A stretch of 23,623 nucleotides of DNA, taken from Deltaproteobacteria bacterium. Its GTDB lineage: Bacteria; Myxococcota_A; UBA9160; SMWR01. Shown here piece after piece: positions 7,752-17,319 of the stretch. Position 1 is the stretch's first letter, and each line of letters opens with the position of its first letter. The stretch covers positions 1-23,623 of the forward strand of contig JAQBGU010000247.1 of assembly GCA_032128375.1 (NCBI GenBank), written 5' to 3'. Made by a program: the position numbers and the translations under genes. Below the pieces are notes generated by a model. The model saw nothing but the letters and a program-made list of their open reading frames with translations, was not told the DNA's origin and ran no database searches.

Positions 7752-9620
7752 ATGCGCGTTTCCTCAACCCTGTGCGCGACGCTGGCACTCGTGATGTCAC
7801 TCGATGGTCAGGCCGCCGCCGATCCTGTGGCTGCCGATTCCGTCCCTGTCGTCAAGGCGCTCGACTTCACAGGAGTCGAGTTCGGATCCGAAAGCGAGCT
7901 GCGCGAGGAGATGTTGACGGTGAGGCCAGGCTGGCAGTTCTGGCGCGCGGCTCCACCCTTCGACGAAGAATCACTACGCGAGGATCTGGATCGGATTGCA
8001 GCCTACTACCGCGAACGCGGCTACTACGAGGCCGAGGCGCGCTACGAACTAGCATGGGACAAGGATCGGCTGGTCGTTCGCGTCGTCGTCGAGGTGGACG
8101 AGGGCGACGCCGCACGTCTCACGGACTGGGAAATCGACGTGCCCGAGGTCAGCTGGCTCGACGACGCTGCGCGGGTGCGGCTGCTCGAAGGGTTGCCGCT
8201 GGTGGCGGAATCACCGTTCGGGGCGCTCCAGTATCGGGCCGCGAAAGACGCACTCGTGCAGCGGCTTGCGGATCTGGGGCATCCGGGGGCCCGTCTCGAG
8301 GGTGGGCTCGACATCGACATGGCTGCGCACTCTGCCCAGCTGCGCTGGATCGTCGAGCCCGGACCCGAGGTGCGTTTCGGTGCGGTTCGGGTCATCGGGC
8401 TCGCGGACGTCGACGAAGACCTGGTTCGTCGCGAACTCACATTCGACGAGGGCGAACTGTTCTCGCTCGCAGCGCTCGAAGCGAGTCAACGGCGCATCTA
8501 CGGCCTGCAGCTCTTCCGCGCCGTGACGCTGACCGACGAGCGCCCCCCGTCGGACCCGCCCCTGGACCCGGCCGCGGATCCCCGCCCGAATTCAGACGCC
8601 GAGGCGCGCGTCGTCTGGCCGGTCGTGGTTCGAGTCGAAGAGCGCGCCCCGCGCACGATCCGTGTCAGCGCGGGCTACGGGACCGAAGACCAGTTCCGCG
8701 GTCAGATCTCGTGGGCTCATCGAAACTTCTTCGGAGGCGCGCGCAGCCTCGCCGTCACGGCGAAGTACTCGTCGCTGCTCGCCGGCATCGAGGGCGGACT
8801 GACACAGCCCCGATTGTTCGATTCGAAGCTGCGGCTCGAAGCCGACGCCTCGTTCTTTCGCGAGACGGTGCCGGCTTTCGACGCGTTCCGTGCCTCGATT
8901 GGCGTGATGCTGAGTCGGCCGTTGTTTGAACGGTGGACGGGTAGGGTCGGCCATCGATTCGAGTGGAGCGACGTTACCGATGTCAAGGCGAACGATTCGG
9001 TCGGCGACGAATCGGCCCGCACCAGCACTCTGATATTTGGCCTCGGTCGTTCCAGCGTCGATGATCTGCTGGATCCGCGGTCGGGTACCTGGTTCGATGT
9101 GTCCGTTGCTCCGACACTTTCGGCGCTGGGATCCGCAGAGAACTTCGTCAAGTTTTCGACCGAAGGGCGCGTTTACGTTCCGTTGTTTTGGACCACGATC
9201 GCCGCCCGCCTGCACGGCGGCACAATCCAGCCGATCGCCGGAAGCGGGCGGGGCGATGTGCCGACGGTTTTGCGGTTCTACGCGGGCGGCAGCGGATCGG
9301 TTCGCGGATTCGAATTCCAACGACTGCCTCCGCTCGATGACAGTGACGATCCACTGGGTGGCTTGACTCTGGTCGAGGGGAGCGTCGAGGTGCGCTTTCC
9401 GATCTGGTGGCTGCTGCGCGGGATCGTGTTCTTCGACGCAGGCCAACTCGCGGCGGGGCCGTTCAGTTTCGGTTTTGACAACTTGTACTACGCGGTTGGC
9501 CCGGGGTTTCGCATCAAGACACCGATCGGTTCGCTGGGCCTCGACTACGGCTATCTGTTGCGCAGACCGCGTGGAGTGGACCGCGGCCGTATCCATTTTT
9601 CGATTGGAGCCTCGTTCTGA
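7752..9620 (+). CDS. tamA: Omp85 family (TamA/BamA-like) outer membrane protein
   Basis: Signal peptide from ATG 7752; POTRA-type segments (YRERGYYEA, LVRREL); barrel motifs FYAGGSGSVRGF and GPGFRIKTPIGSLGLDYG; terminal F. Stop overlaps the tamB start (TGATG). Confidence 0.88.
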   Translation: MRVSSTLCATLALVMSLDGQAAADPVAADSVPVVKALDFTGVEFGSESELREEMLTVRPGWQFWRAAPPFDEESLREDLDRIAAYYRERGYYEAEARYELAWDKDRLVVRVVVEVDEGDAARLTDWEIDVPEVSWLDDAARVRLLEGLPLVAESPFGALQYRAAKDALVQRLADLGHPGARLEGGLDIDMAAHSAQLRWIVEPGPEVRFGAVRVIGLADVDEDLVRRELTFDEGELFSLAALEASQRRIYGLQLFRAVTLTDERPPSDPPLDPAADPRPNSDAEARVVWPVVVRVEERAPRTIRVSAGYGTEDQFRGQISWAHRNFFGGARSLAVTAKYSSLLAGIEGGLTQPRLFDSKLRLEADASFFRETVPAFDAFRASIGVMLSRPLFERWTGRVGHRFEWSDVTDVKANDSVGDESARTSTLIFGLGRSSVDDLLDPRSGTWFDVSVAPTLSALGSAENFVKFSTEGRVYVPLFWTTIAARLHGGTIQPIAGSGRGDVPTVLRFYAGGSGSVRGFEFQRLPPLDDSDDPLGGLTLVEGSVEVRFPIWWLLRGIVFFDAGQLAAGPFSFGFDNLYYAVGPGFRIKTPIGSLGLDYGYLLRRPRGVDRGRIHFSIGASF

Positions 9621-12600
9621 TGAAAGCGAAGAGCTTTTCCCGGGTTGTCGCGTACCTGGCGGGACTGCTCCTGGTCGCGAGCGTGGTTTCGGTTGCCTTT
9701 GTGTTCGCGCTATCTCGCGGACTCGCTCGCGACTCGTTGCGCGCAGCCGCGGAAGCCGAAGCCAGCCGTCAACTCGGTGTTCCGGTGCGCATGGGTGCCC
9801 TCGAAGGTCCGCTGCTTCCGGACTTCGCGTTGGTGGACTTCCGTATCGGTCCGGAAGGGTCATCGCTCATTTCGGCCGAGCGGGTGATGCTTCGCGTCGA
9901 TCTATGGACACTGGTTAGCGAATTTTCGTGGACCATCGACTCGCTCAGTATCGACGGGCTGAACATCGAGATGACTCAGTCGCCGAACGGGGAGTGGCAG
10001 ACGACGTTGGCGGGTGGGTCGAACGATTCTCCGACGAGCGAACTGCCTCTGGTACGGATCCGCAAACTGGCGCTGAAGGGAAATCGGCTGAAATTGCGCC
10101 GGGAAGACGGGGAGCGGATCGTCGTCCGCTTCGATCTCGACGCGAACGACGTCCACCTGCCGTTCACGGCCGCGCGTGCACGTGAGGTGAGTGCCGAGCT
10201 GGCCCTGTTTCTCGATCCCGAAGAGTCCGATCGCCCGTACACCCAGCGTGTCGAGCTGGATGCGACGCTATCGGCCGGGCGCGTCAGTGCGAAGGGAGTC
10301 GTGGCCGATGAAAAATCCGGAACCGTGGAGTTCGAAGGCTCAACCGAAATTTCCGGCTGGCTAGACGCCGCGCGACCCGCCTTCGCTGCAATCGAGGCAC
10401 ACATCTCCGGCCTCGACCTCGCTGCATTAGGCGGAAGTCCACGCGTATCGGGCCGGCTCGCGGGGAGTGCGAAGCTGCAGGTTCGACTCGACGCGGGAGC
10501 GTCGCCGGCTGACACGGAGGCGACGTTCGAGATTGTCGTAGCGGATTCGTCGACGGCCGCTGTCGAATCCGCGAGTCTGGTCGCGAGCTGGGCCCGGCAG
10601 CGCTGGAACCTGTCACGCCTTGATGTGACGGGTGCGGGTGTGCAGCTATCGGCGCACGGCGCCGGGGGTCGCGACGCCATCGACAGCCTCCGGGTAGCAG
10701 CGCGAGTGGGGGATCTCGGTACGCTCGTCGGATTTGCTGCTCCGCCGGGCGCCGAAGGGGAGCTTGCGATCGACCTCGATGTTTCGGGGCTACTTGCGGA
10801 GCCGCAGGGTCGGGTGTCGCTGCGGGGCGAACGACTCGCATTGCCTGGCCTCGAGATCGGCTCCTTGCGCGCGGAGCTGTCGGGTTCAGGTGACGGCTAT
10901 GTTCGGGTCGAGTCGTTCGAACTCTCGGGCGGTGCAATTCCAATGCATCTGCTCGAACCGGCCGATATTCAAGTGCGCGACGGAGCCATCACGCTGGAGC
11001 GATTTTCCATCGCCAGTGATGCAATCGCCAGAAATAGCATGGCCAGTCATGCTGTAGCCAGTGATCAACAGGCGATCGAGATCGGCGGCGTCATCGGCAA
11101 TGGCTTTGTGCGCGATCTGCGGGTCAAGGGGCGCGGATTCGATGTTGCGGCTTTCGCGGCGCTGGTCGGCTCGCCGATCGCGCTCGCCGGGGTTGCGGAT
11201 GTGCAGCTTCGGCTCGACGGTGCCTTGCCGTTCCCCGGCGTCGATGGCCAAATCGAGTGGACACAACCCGGCATCGGGTCTTTCGCCTTCGAACATCTCA
11301 GCGCGGATTTTGGCAGTGTCAAAGAGCGACTTCGCATCCGCAGTCAGATTCGCGAAGCCGGCCGCGAACTCGCGCGCCTGGAAGGCTGGGTGCCCTACGA
11401 TGGGTCGAGGCTCGAACCAGGCGAATGGCTCGGCTCGCCACAAACATCCCTGCTGCTGCGGGTCGATTCACTGGACCTCGCGCACATCGGCAGCGCCTAT
11501 CCGAACAGCTTCGAAGCGCTGAGCGGCCGCATCGGCTTGGAGCTCGATCTCGTCGGCGGGGAGGTTCCGAGCGCGACCGGTCGCGTCGAGCTGGTCGATG
11601 GCAGCGCGCGCTTCGCCGGTCTGGAAACCTCGTTTTCGCCCGTCCATGGCACGGCTCGCTTCGAACCCGACGCAAACGGAATCCGGGTCAGTTCATTCGA
11701 ATTGGACGTCGCGGGCCAGAAAGTGTCCGGGCAGGGTGTGGTCGGCGCGCGCGAGCTGCACGACGTCGAGCTGATCGCCCGGCAGCTCGATATCTCTCTC
11801 GCGGCTCCATTTCTACCGGCGGCCAGCGAATGGAAGGGCGCAGTCGATCTGGACATTGCGCTTTCAGGTGCCATCGCTCAACCCCGCATCGAGGCCAGCG
11901 CTGTTTGGCGGGCGCCCGAAATCGCGGGCCAACCGCTCGAGCGCGTCGACGGCAAGCTCGAATTCGACGGCCGCATGGCCCGGATGGACCTGCGCATCCA
12001 CGACGGGGGACGCGAGATATTCAACGCCCAAGCCGCTGCGCCCTTCGCGGTGGCGGTAGCCGAACCCGAAGACTGGCTGAATGCGCCCGACACCAGGCTC
12101 GACTTGCGTGCTGTCGATGTCCCTTTGGCTTGGGTCCAGCCGTTTGTGTCTCGTCCCCTCCGAGAACTGAGCGGCCGCGTGAATGCGTCAGCCGAAATTC
12201 GCGGAGGCGTCGAACCCGTCGTGAGCGGCGTGGTCGAACTCGCGGACGGCCGCGTCGTCGTGCCCCTGCTGAGGCAGACCTTCGCGCCGATTCACGCGCG
12301 CATCGTTCTGGGCGCCGAGAGATTGACGATCGAGGATTTCCGAGTCGGCACGGCCGAGGCCGGGGCGACGCTGCGTGGGAGCATTGAACTCACACAGCTC
12401 GTGCCCGACAGGGTCGAACTGAACCTCGCGTTGAACGATCTGCCGGTGGCGCGTTCGCCGGCGCTCAAGGCCGACGTCGCGGGCGAAGTTCAGGTCGGCG
12501 GGTCGGTGTCGAATTTGCAGGTTCGAGGTCAACTCGAGTTGCGCAAGCTGGCAGTCGTCCTTGGGGACGCCGGCGACTCTTCCATTCGCGAGATCCGTAT

Positions 12601-13393
12601 TCGGACCGCACAAGGCAACTCGCCGGGCGGGTCGGGTGTGAGAGAGGACTCGCTAGGATCGCCGAGCTGGTACGAGCCCGCTGCAGTCGATGTTCGATTG
12701 CATCTGCCGCGCAACAGCTGGCTGCGCGGGCGCGGCTCGGAGCTGGACCTGACGGGCGACCTCGAGTTGCGCAAGGAAGCGCTGCAGCCCGCGACGATCG
12801 CCGGCCGGGCAGAAGTCGTGCGAGGAACCTACGTCTTCCAGACGAAGCGGTTCGATGTCCGGCGCGGGCTTGTCACGTTCGATGGCGGGACCGAACTCGA
12901 CCCGGTGCTCGATGTGGAGGCGGCCCATCGGGTGCGGGACGTGAACGTGCTGATCTTCCTGTCTGGGCGCGCTTCCGCACCGCTGCTTCGGATCGGCAGC
13001 GAACCGGCGCTGTCCGAATCCGATGCGCTTGCGTATCTGTTTCTGGGCCGGCCTGCGAACCAAGTCGGCGCGGGGCAGAAAGCCGGGATGGATTCGGCCG
13101 CGGCAGCGCTCGCGACGGGTGTTGCAGCGGCGCAAGTCACTGACCTGCTCGCAGCGTCGCTTCCCATCGACACGCTCGACGTGGCGATCGACGAAACCGG
13201 AAGGCCCGCGGACATCAAGGTCGGCAAGTACATCACCGATCGCGTTTTCGTTCGGTACGGGCGAACCCTCGGACCGGAACCGGAGGACGAGGTTCGAGTC
13301 GAACTGCGCATCAACCCGAACTGGAGCGTGGGAACAGACGTCTCGACCAGCGAAAACGCCGGAGCCGATGTGATCTGGTCACTCGACTATTGA
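9620..13393 (+). CDS. tamB: Translocation/assembly module TamB (AsmA-like, C-terminal DUF490)
   Basis: 1257 aa with N-terminal TM anchor and repeated beta-rich segments. C-terminal motifs LDPVLDVEA, SEPALSESDALAYLFLGR, VGKYITDRVFVRY, GADVIWSLDY. Translationally coupled to the Omp85 gene. Confidence 0.9.
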   Translation: MKAKSFSRVVAYLAGLLLVASVVSVAFVFALSRGLARDSLRAAAEAEASRQLGVPVRMGALEGPLLPDFALVDFRIGPEGSSLISAERVMLRVDLWTLVSEFSWTIDSLSIDGLNIEMTQSPNGEWQTTLAGGSNDSPTSELPLVRIRKLALKGNRLKLRREDGERIVVRFDLDANDVHLPFTAARAREVSAELALFLDPEESDRPYTQRVELDATLSAGRVSAKGVVADEKSGTVEFEGSTEISGWLDAARPAFAAIEAHISGLDLAALGGSPRVSGRLAGSAKLQVRLDAGASPADTEATFEIVVADSSTAAVESASLVASWARQRWNLSRLDVTGAGVQLSAHGAGGRDAIDSLRVAARVGDLGTLVGFAAPPGAEGELAIDLDVSGLLAEPQGRVSLRGERLALPGLEIGSLRAELSGSGDGYVRVESFELSGGAIPMHLLEPADIQVRDGAITLERFSIASDAIARNSMASHAVASDQQAIEIGGVIGNGFVRDLRVKGRGFDVAAFAALVGSPIALAGVADVQLRLDGALPFPGVDGQIEWTQPGIGSFAFEHLSADFGSVKERLRIRSQIREAGRELARLEGWVPYDGSRLEPGEWLGSPQTSLLLRVDSLDLAHIGSAYPNSFEALSGRIGLELDLVGGEVPSATGRVELVDGSARFAGLETSFSPVHGTARFEPDANGIRVSSFELDVAGQKVSGQGVVGARELHDVELIARQLDISLAAPFLPAASEWKGAVDLDIALSGAIAQPRIEASAVWRAPEIAGQPLERVDGKLEFDGRMARMDLRIHDGGREIFNAQAAAPFAVAVAEPEDWLNAPDTRLDLRAVDVPLAWVQPFVSRPLRELSGRVNASAEIRGGVEPVVSGVVELADGRVVVPLLRQTFAPIHARIVLGAERLTIEDFRVGTAEAGATLRGSIELTQLVPDRVELNLALNDLPVARSPALKADVAGEVQVGGSVSNLQVRGQLELRKLAVVLGDAGDSSIREIRIRTAQGNSPGGSGVREDSLGSPSWYEPAAVDVRLHLPRNSWLRGRGSELDLTGDLELRKEALQPATIAGRAEVVRGTYVFQTKRFDVRRGLVTFDGGTELDPVLDVEAAHRVRDVNVLIFLSGRASAPLLRIGSEPALSESDALAYLFLGRPANQVGAGQKAGMDSAAAALATGVAAAQVTDLLAASLPIDTLDVAIDETGRPADIKVGKYITDRVFVRYGRTLGPEPEDEVRVELRINPNWSVGTDVSTSENAGADVIWSLDY
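11012..11071 (+). repeat. Degenerate 15-bp x4 in-frame repeat inside tamB
   Basis: GCCAG at 11012, 11027, 11042 and 11057, encoding ASDAI/ARNSM/ASHAV/ASDQQ. Confidence 0.8.
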
Positions 13394-13600
13394 TCGGGAG
13401 CCGGCGCACCGACACACGCATCATCAAGGCTCCTTCGGGAGTACCCCCGGTGATCTCGCGGCTGACTTCCCATTCGGGATCGATCCATCTGCGCCCGGCG
13501 GCGGATTCCGACTCGTGCGGGTTCGCGCGCCCGAGGCCTGGATGCTGGGTGTGACGGCATGGCTGGCGCTCGCAGGCCTGCGCCGGGTTCGCGCCCAGGC
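13394..13600 (+). pseudogene. C-terminal remnant of an FGE/SUMF1-domain protein with a degenerate PEP-CTERM-like tail
   Basis: DTRIIK [frameshift near 13428] GSFGSTPGDLAADFPFGIDPSAPGGGFRLVRVRAPEAWMLGVTAWLALAGLRRVR matches the FGE-domain end (RxxRGGSF...GFRxxR), followed by a decayed VPEP position, a hydrophobic helix and basic residues. Confidence 0.55.
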
Positions 13601-13669
13601 GCGTTTCGACGCGCAGCCCGCGGCGGCTGAGCACTTTGCGCTGTGGCGGACTCTCGGGCGTCGATCAAT

Positions 13670-14662
13670 TCATTCGGGCGGGAGATGCGGGGCATGAGCA
13701 ACGAGGAACGCGAACAATGCACCGAACACATCTTCGCTGTGCGATACGACCATGAAATGATCGGCACCCGGAAACGTGACCAGCTTCGCGTTCCGGACAC
13801 GCTGCGCGACCCGTTCTCCCATTGCGAGCGGTACGTTGACGTCGGCTGTGCCGTGAAGGATGAGCGTCGGGGCGGTGATCCGCTCGAGTTCGGGAATGTC
13901 GAGTGATTCGAACTGTCTGATGTCGTTTGCTACGCCCGTGTTGCGGCGCTCCGGCAACTTCAGCGCGGAGTTCGCTAGAGCAACGAACCGGTCGCGCCGG
14001 GCGGAATCGGCGAGGATTCGATCGCGAATCGCTGCGTCGGATACGACGGTTTTCAACATCCGTTCTGGATTGCGCTGAAGGACTCCGCTGAGCAACCACC
14101 CGCCGAAGTCCGTGCCAAACAGGAATTCGAAGATCGGTGAATCCGATTCCTGCCTCGGGTGTTTTTCGTCAGCGAGCCGCGCCCGACTCACGCCCATCAG
14201 ATCGACGAGTGCCCAGCAACGGTCCGGGTGGCGAATCGCGAACTGCAACGCGGACGGCCCGCCGCCCGAAATTCCGATCACGGCCACACGATCGATCCCG
14301 ATCGCGTCGAGTAGCGCCACGTAACTGTCGGCCTGGTCTGCGGGAGTGCGCCCCACCGAGATCGGGGTGCGCAGGTAGCCCGGTCGGGAAATCGCGAGCA
14401 GTTGAAAGCCGCGTTCGATCGCGGTCTCGCTGAGATCTGCTACCTGGTCGTAACCACCCGGTGTACCGTGCAACACCAGAATCGCCGGGTCGGTCGTGCC
14501 AAAGCGCGCCAGTTCGATCGGTCCGCGCTCGGTCTCGATGACCACCGCGCCGCGTTCGAGTTCCGCGACAGCCAGTGCGCGCCAGGCCGTGAACCGAAAG
14601 GCCACGCCGGCCGCGACGAGTACCGCGGCAACGACCGAAATCAACAACAATCGTCGGATCAC
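13670..14662 (-). CDS. Alpha/beta hydrolase with N-terminal membrane anchor or signal
   Basis: HGTPGG oxyanion region, GISGG nucleophile elbow, HGTADVNV (Asp) and GADH (His). Confidence 0.92.
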   Translation of the reverse strand: MIRRLLLISVVAAVLVAAGVAFRFTAWRALAVAELERGAVVIETERGPIELARFGTTDPAILVLHGTPGGYDQVADLSETAIERGFQLLAISRPGYLRTPISVGRTPADQADSYVALLDAIGIDRVAVIGISGGGPSALQFAIRHPDRCWALVDLMGVSRARLADEKHPRQESDSPIFEFLFGTDFGGWLLSGVLQRNPERMLKTVVSDAAIRDRILADSARRDRFVALANSALKLPERRNTGVANDIRQFESLDIPELERITAPTLILHGTADVNVPLAMGERVAQRVRNAKLVTFPGADHFMVVSHSEDVFGALFAFLVAHAPHLPPE

Positions 14663-14752
14663 ACCGTCAGCGTAACATGCCTACTGGCTATCCTGAACCG
14701 CCTCATCGCATCTGAATTCGAGCGCTCACGACGACTCCCAGTCGGATGCATT

Positions 14753-15889
14753 TCAGATTCCGATCAATCGCCCGTAGCGGTCGCGATGAAACGACTGATT
14801 GCCGAACGTTGCTTCCAGCGCGCGCGCGCGCTTCAAGTAGAGACCGGCGTCGAACTCATCTGTCATGCCGATACCGCCGTGAATCTGGATCAGTTCGTTC
14901 GACACGTGGTGCAGGAAGTCGCCGGCCTTGCATTTAGCCAGCGAACAGAGCTGCGCGGTGTCGTCGGCTCCGCGGTCGATGGCCTGCAATGCGGCTTCGA
15001 CGCAAGAGCGCGCCATTTCCATCTCGGTGTAGAGCCCCGAAGCGCGATGACCGAGGGCCTGGAACGAGCCGATCACCTGCCCGAATTGCACACGGTTCTT
15101 CAGGTAGTCGAGCGTCATGTCGAACGCTTGCGCGGCCGTGCCGAGCATCTCGGCTGCGATCCCTGCACGGGCGCGGTCGAGCGTCGCTTCCAGTACAGAA
15201 GCCCCTTGATCGACTTCGCCCAGCAGCGCGTCCGACGCGACTTCGACTGCGTCGAAGCGGACGTTCGCATAACCTCGGCTATCCGCGGTCTTGAGGCGTT
15301 GACGAGTCACCCCTTTTGCAGTGGCATCGATCAGAAACAGGCTGATCCCTGTGCTTTCACCGGGTGCCCCGCTCGTTCGCGCGGAAACGATGAAGGTGTC
15401 TGCCGACATGCCTTCGAGTACATGAACCTTCTTGCCACTGAGTCGGAAGCCGATCTTCGACTTTTCGGCCTTCATCGCCGCATGGATCGGCGCGTGGTGT
15501 GGCCCTTCATCGACGGCCAGCGTGGCGATGATGCTGCCGTCGGCGATCTTCGGAAGCATTTGCTTCTTTTGGGAATCGCTGCCTGCGACGATCAATGCGC
15601 TTGCGCCGACCAGACCCGAAGCGAGTAGCGGCGAGGCGGTCAGCTGCCGGCCCAACTCCTCCAAGACGACGCCGAGGGTCAGGTAGCCCATGTCGACGCC
15701 GCCGAATTCTTCCTCGACCAGGACGCCGGCCCAACCCATTTCCGTGATGCTCTTCCAGGTTGCCTTGTCGAATCCGTACTCGTTGTCGCTATCGCGCATC
15801 GCCCGAAATCTGGCGACCGGTGCTTCATCTCGCGCCCAGGATTTCGCTTGTTCTTTCAGGAGTGCTTGTTCTTCACTGAGAGCTGCCAT
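14753..15889 (-). CDS. Acyl-CoA dehydrogenase family protein (second gene of a tandem pair)
   Basis: Motifs RVQFGQVIGSFQALGHR and QIHGGIGMTDE. ATG 15889 with upstream AAGGAA. Confidence 0.93.
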   Translation of the reverse strand: MAALSEEQALLKEQAKSWARDEAPVARFRAMRDSDNEYGFDKATWKSITEMGWAGVLVEEEFGGVDMGYLTLGVVLEELGRQLTASPLLASGLVGASALIVAGSDSQKKQMLPKIADGSIIATLAVDEGPHHAPIHAAMKAEKSKIGFRLSGKKVHVLEGMSADTFIVSARTSGAPGESTGISLFLIDATAKGVTRQRLKTADSRGYANVRFDAVEVASDALLGEVDQGASVLEATLDRARAGIAAEMLGTAAQAFDMTLDYLKNRVQFGQVIGSFQALGHRASGLYTEMEMARSCVEAALQAIDRGADDTAQLCSLAKCKAGDFLHHVSNELIQIHGGIGMTDEFDAGLYLKRARALEATFGNQSFHRDRYGRLIGI

Positions 15890-15913
15890 CTCGATTTCCT
15901 TCCCGAATCGCGC

Positions 15914-15952
15914 GCGTGGTGTTGGATTGCGTGGTGGGTTGCGTGGTGGGTT
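15914..15952. repeat. 12-bp tandem repeat in the intergenic spacer between the acyl-CoA dehydrogenase genes
   Basis: GCGTGGTGTTGGATT followed by GCGTGGTGGGTT x2 (15929, 15941). Confidence 0.85.
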
Positions 15953-15974
15953 CTGTCTTGGAAGTGCGCCTTGC

Positions 15975-17198
15975 TCAACCGCGCTGTGTGTTCTCGGGCA
16001 GGCCGAGGATGTTCTTGGCGATGATGTTGTTCTGGATCTCGGACGAGCCTCCATAGATCGACATGGCCTTGCCGAAGAGCCAGCCGCGCACGGCGGCTAC
16101 CTCGGCATCGCTGAAGCCCTCGCCTTCCCAGCCGAGGCCCTGGCTTCCCATGATCTCGACCATCAATTCGGCGCGCTCCTGCGCGACGCAAGACGCGGCA
16201 TTCTTCAAGATCGAGGCAGCCGCACTGACCTTTGCGTTTCCTCTCGCCTCTGCGATTACACGGCTGATTGTCAATGCATGGGCTTTCGCATCCATGACGT
16301 GCGCGATCAGCCGCGAACGGAGATCCGAATCGGCGAGCCGACCCGCCGTGTCCAACCCGACATATTCCTTCGCGATGTCCGTGAAGGATTTGTGGGCGCC
16401 ACCACCGCCGAAACCGGCTGAAGCACTCGTCTGGCTCTGTCGTTCGTGTTGAAGCAGGCGCTTGCCGACCGTCCAGCCGCCGTTCAATTCACCGAGCATT
16501 TCGTCCTTCTCTGCGCGCGCATTGTTGAAGAATGTCTCGCAGAAGGGTGAAGCACCGCCGATCAAGCGAATGGGTCGGGTCTCGATGCCGGGCTGATGCA
16601 TATCCATCATCAAGAAACTGATGCCATTGCGCTTTGGCTTGTCGAAGTCGGTGCGCACCAACACGCCGCACCAATCCGAGATGTCCGCGCCAGAGGTCCA
16701 CGTCTTCTGGCCGTTGACGACCCAATGGTCGCCGGCATCTTCGGCCTTGGTGGCGAGCGATGCGAGGTCGGAGCCAGCATTCGGTTCTGAGTACCCGAGC
16801 GACCAGAATACCTCGCCGCTGCAGATCTTCGGAATGTGGCGCTGCTTTTGCTCTTCCGTTCCGTACTCGAGGATCGTCGGGCCGACCATCGTGATCCCCA
16901 TTCCCGTCGTCCGGATGAGCGGATTGAATGCGCCGGCGCGAGCCAATTCCTGATCGAGAACTTGCGACTGAATCTGGGTGAGGCCGCCGCCGCCATACTC
17001 TGCCGGCCAGGTGGGAGTCGCCCAACCCTTCGCGCCCAGTGCCTTTCCCCAGGCGAGCGCGTCGCTCTCGGACGAGTCGATCGTTTCAGAAGCCATGACC
17101 GCGCCGCCGCGGCCCTTCAACGACTCCGGAAAATTTTCTGTCAACCACGCACGCGCTTCGTCTCGAAACGCTTCGAGCTCTGTGTTGACGTCAGTCAT
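15975..17198 (-). CDS. Acyl-CoA dehydrogenase family protein (first gene of a tandem pair)
   Basis: Motifs WPAEYGGGG, GYSEPNAGSDLASL, VNGQKTWTS, IYGGSSEIQNNII. ATG 17198 with a strong GAGGAGG RBS; the ORF-track extension to 17651 is not part of the gene. Confidence 0.95.
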   Translation of the reverse strand: MTDVNTELEAFRDEARAWLTENFPESLKGRGGAVMASETIDSSESDALAWGKALGAKGWATPTWPAEYGGGGLTQIQSQVLDQELARAGAFNPLIRTTGMGITMVGPTILEYGTEEQKQRHIPKICSGEVFWSLGYSEPNAGSDLASLATKAEDAGDHWVVNGQKTWTSGADISDWCGVLVRTDFDKPKRNGISFLMMDMHQPGIETRPIRLIGGASPFCETFFNNARAEKDEMLGELNGGWTVGKRLLQHERQSQTSASAGFGGGGAHKSFTDIAKEYVGLDTAGRLADSDLRSRLIAHVMDAKAHALTISRVIAEARGNAKVSAAASILKNAASCVAQERAELMVEIMGSQGLGWEGEGFSDAEVAAVRGWLFGKAMSIYGGSSEIQNNIIAKNILGLPENTQRG

Positions 17199-17319
17199 CT
17201 CGTTCGTCCTCCTCGGCAACGTCTCTGTTCCTCCGCGATGTGCGCGGACGAGACAATACCGAAGATTCACCCGCCCGCGGGCTCGCCCCGGCCACCGGCG
17301 ATCGTGTCGAATACGCACA

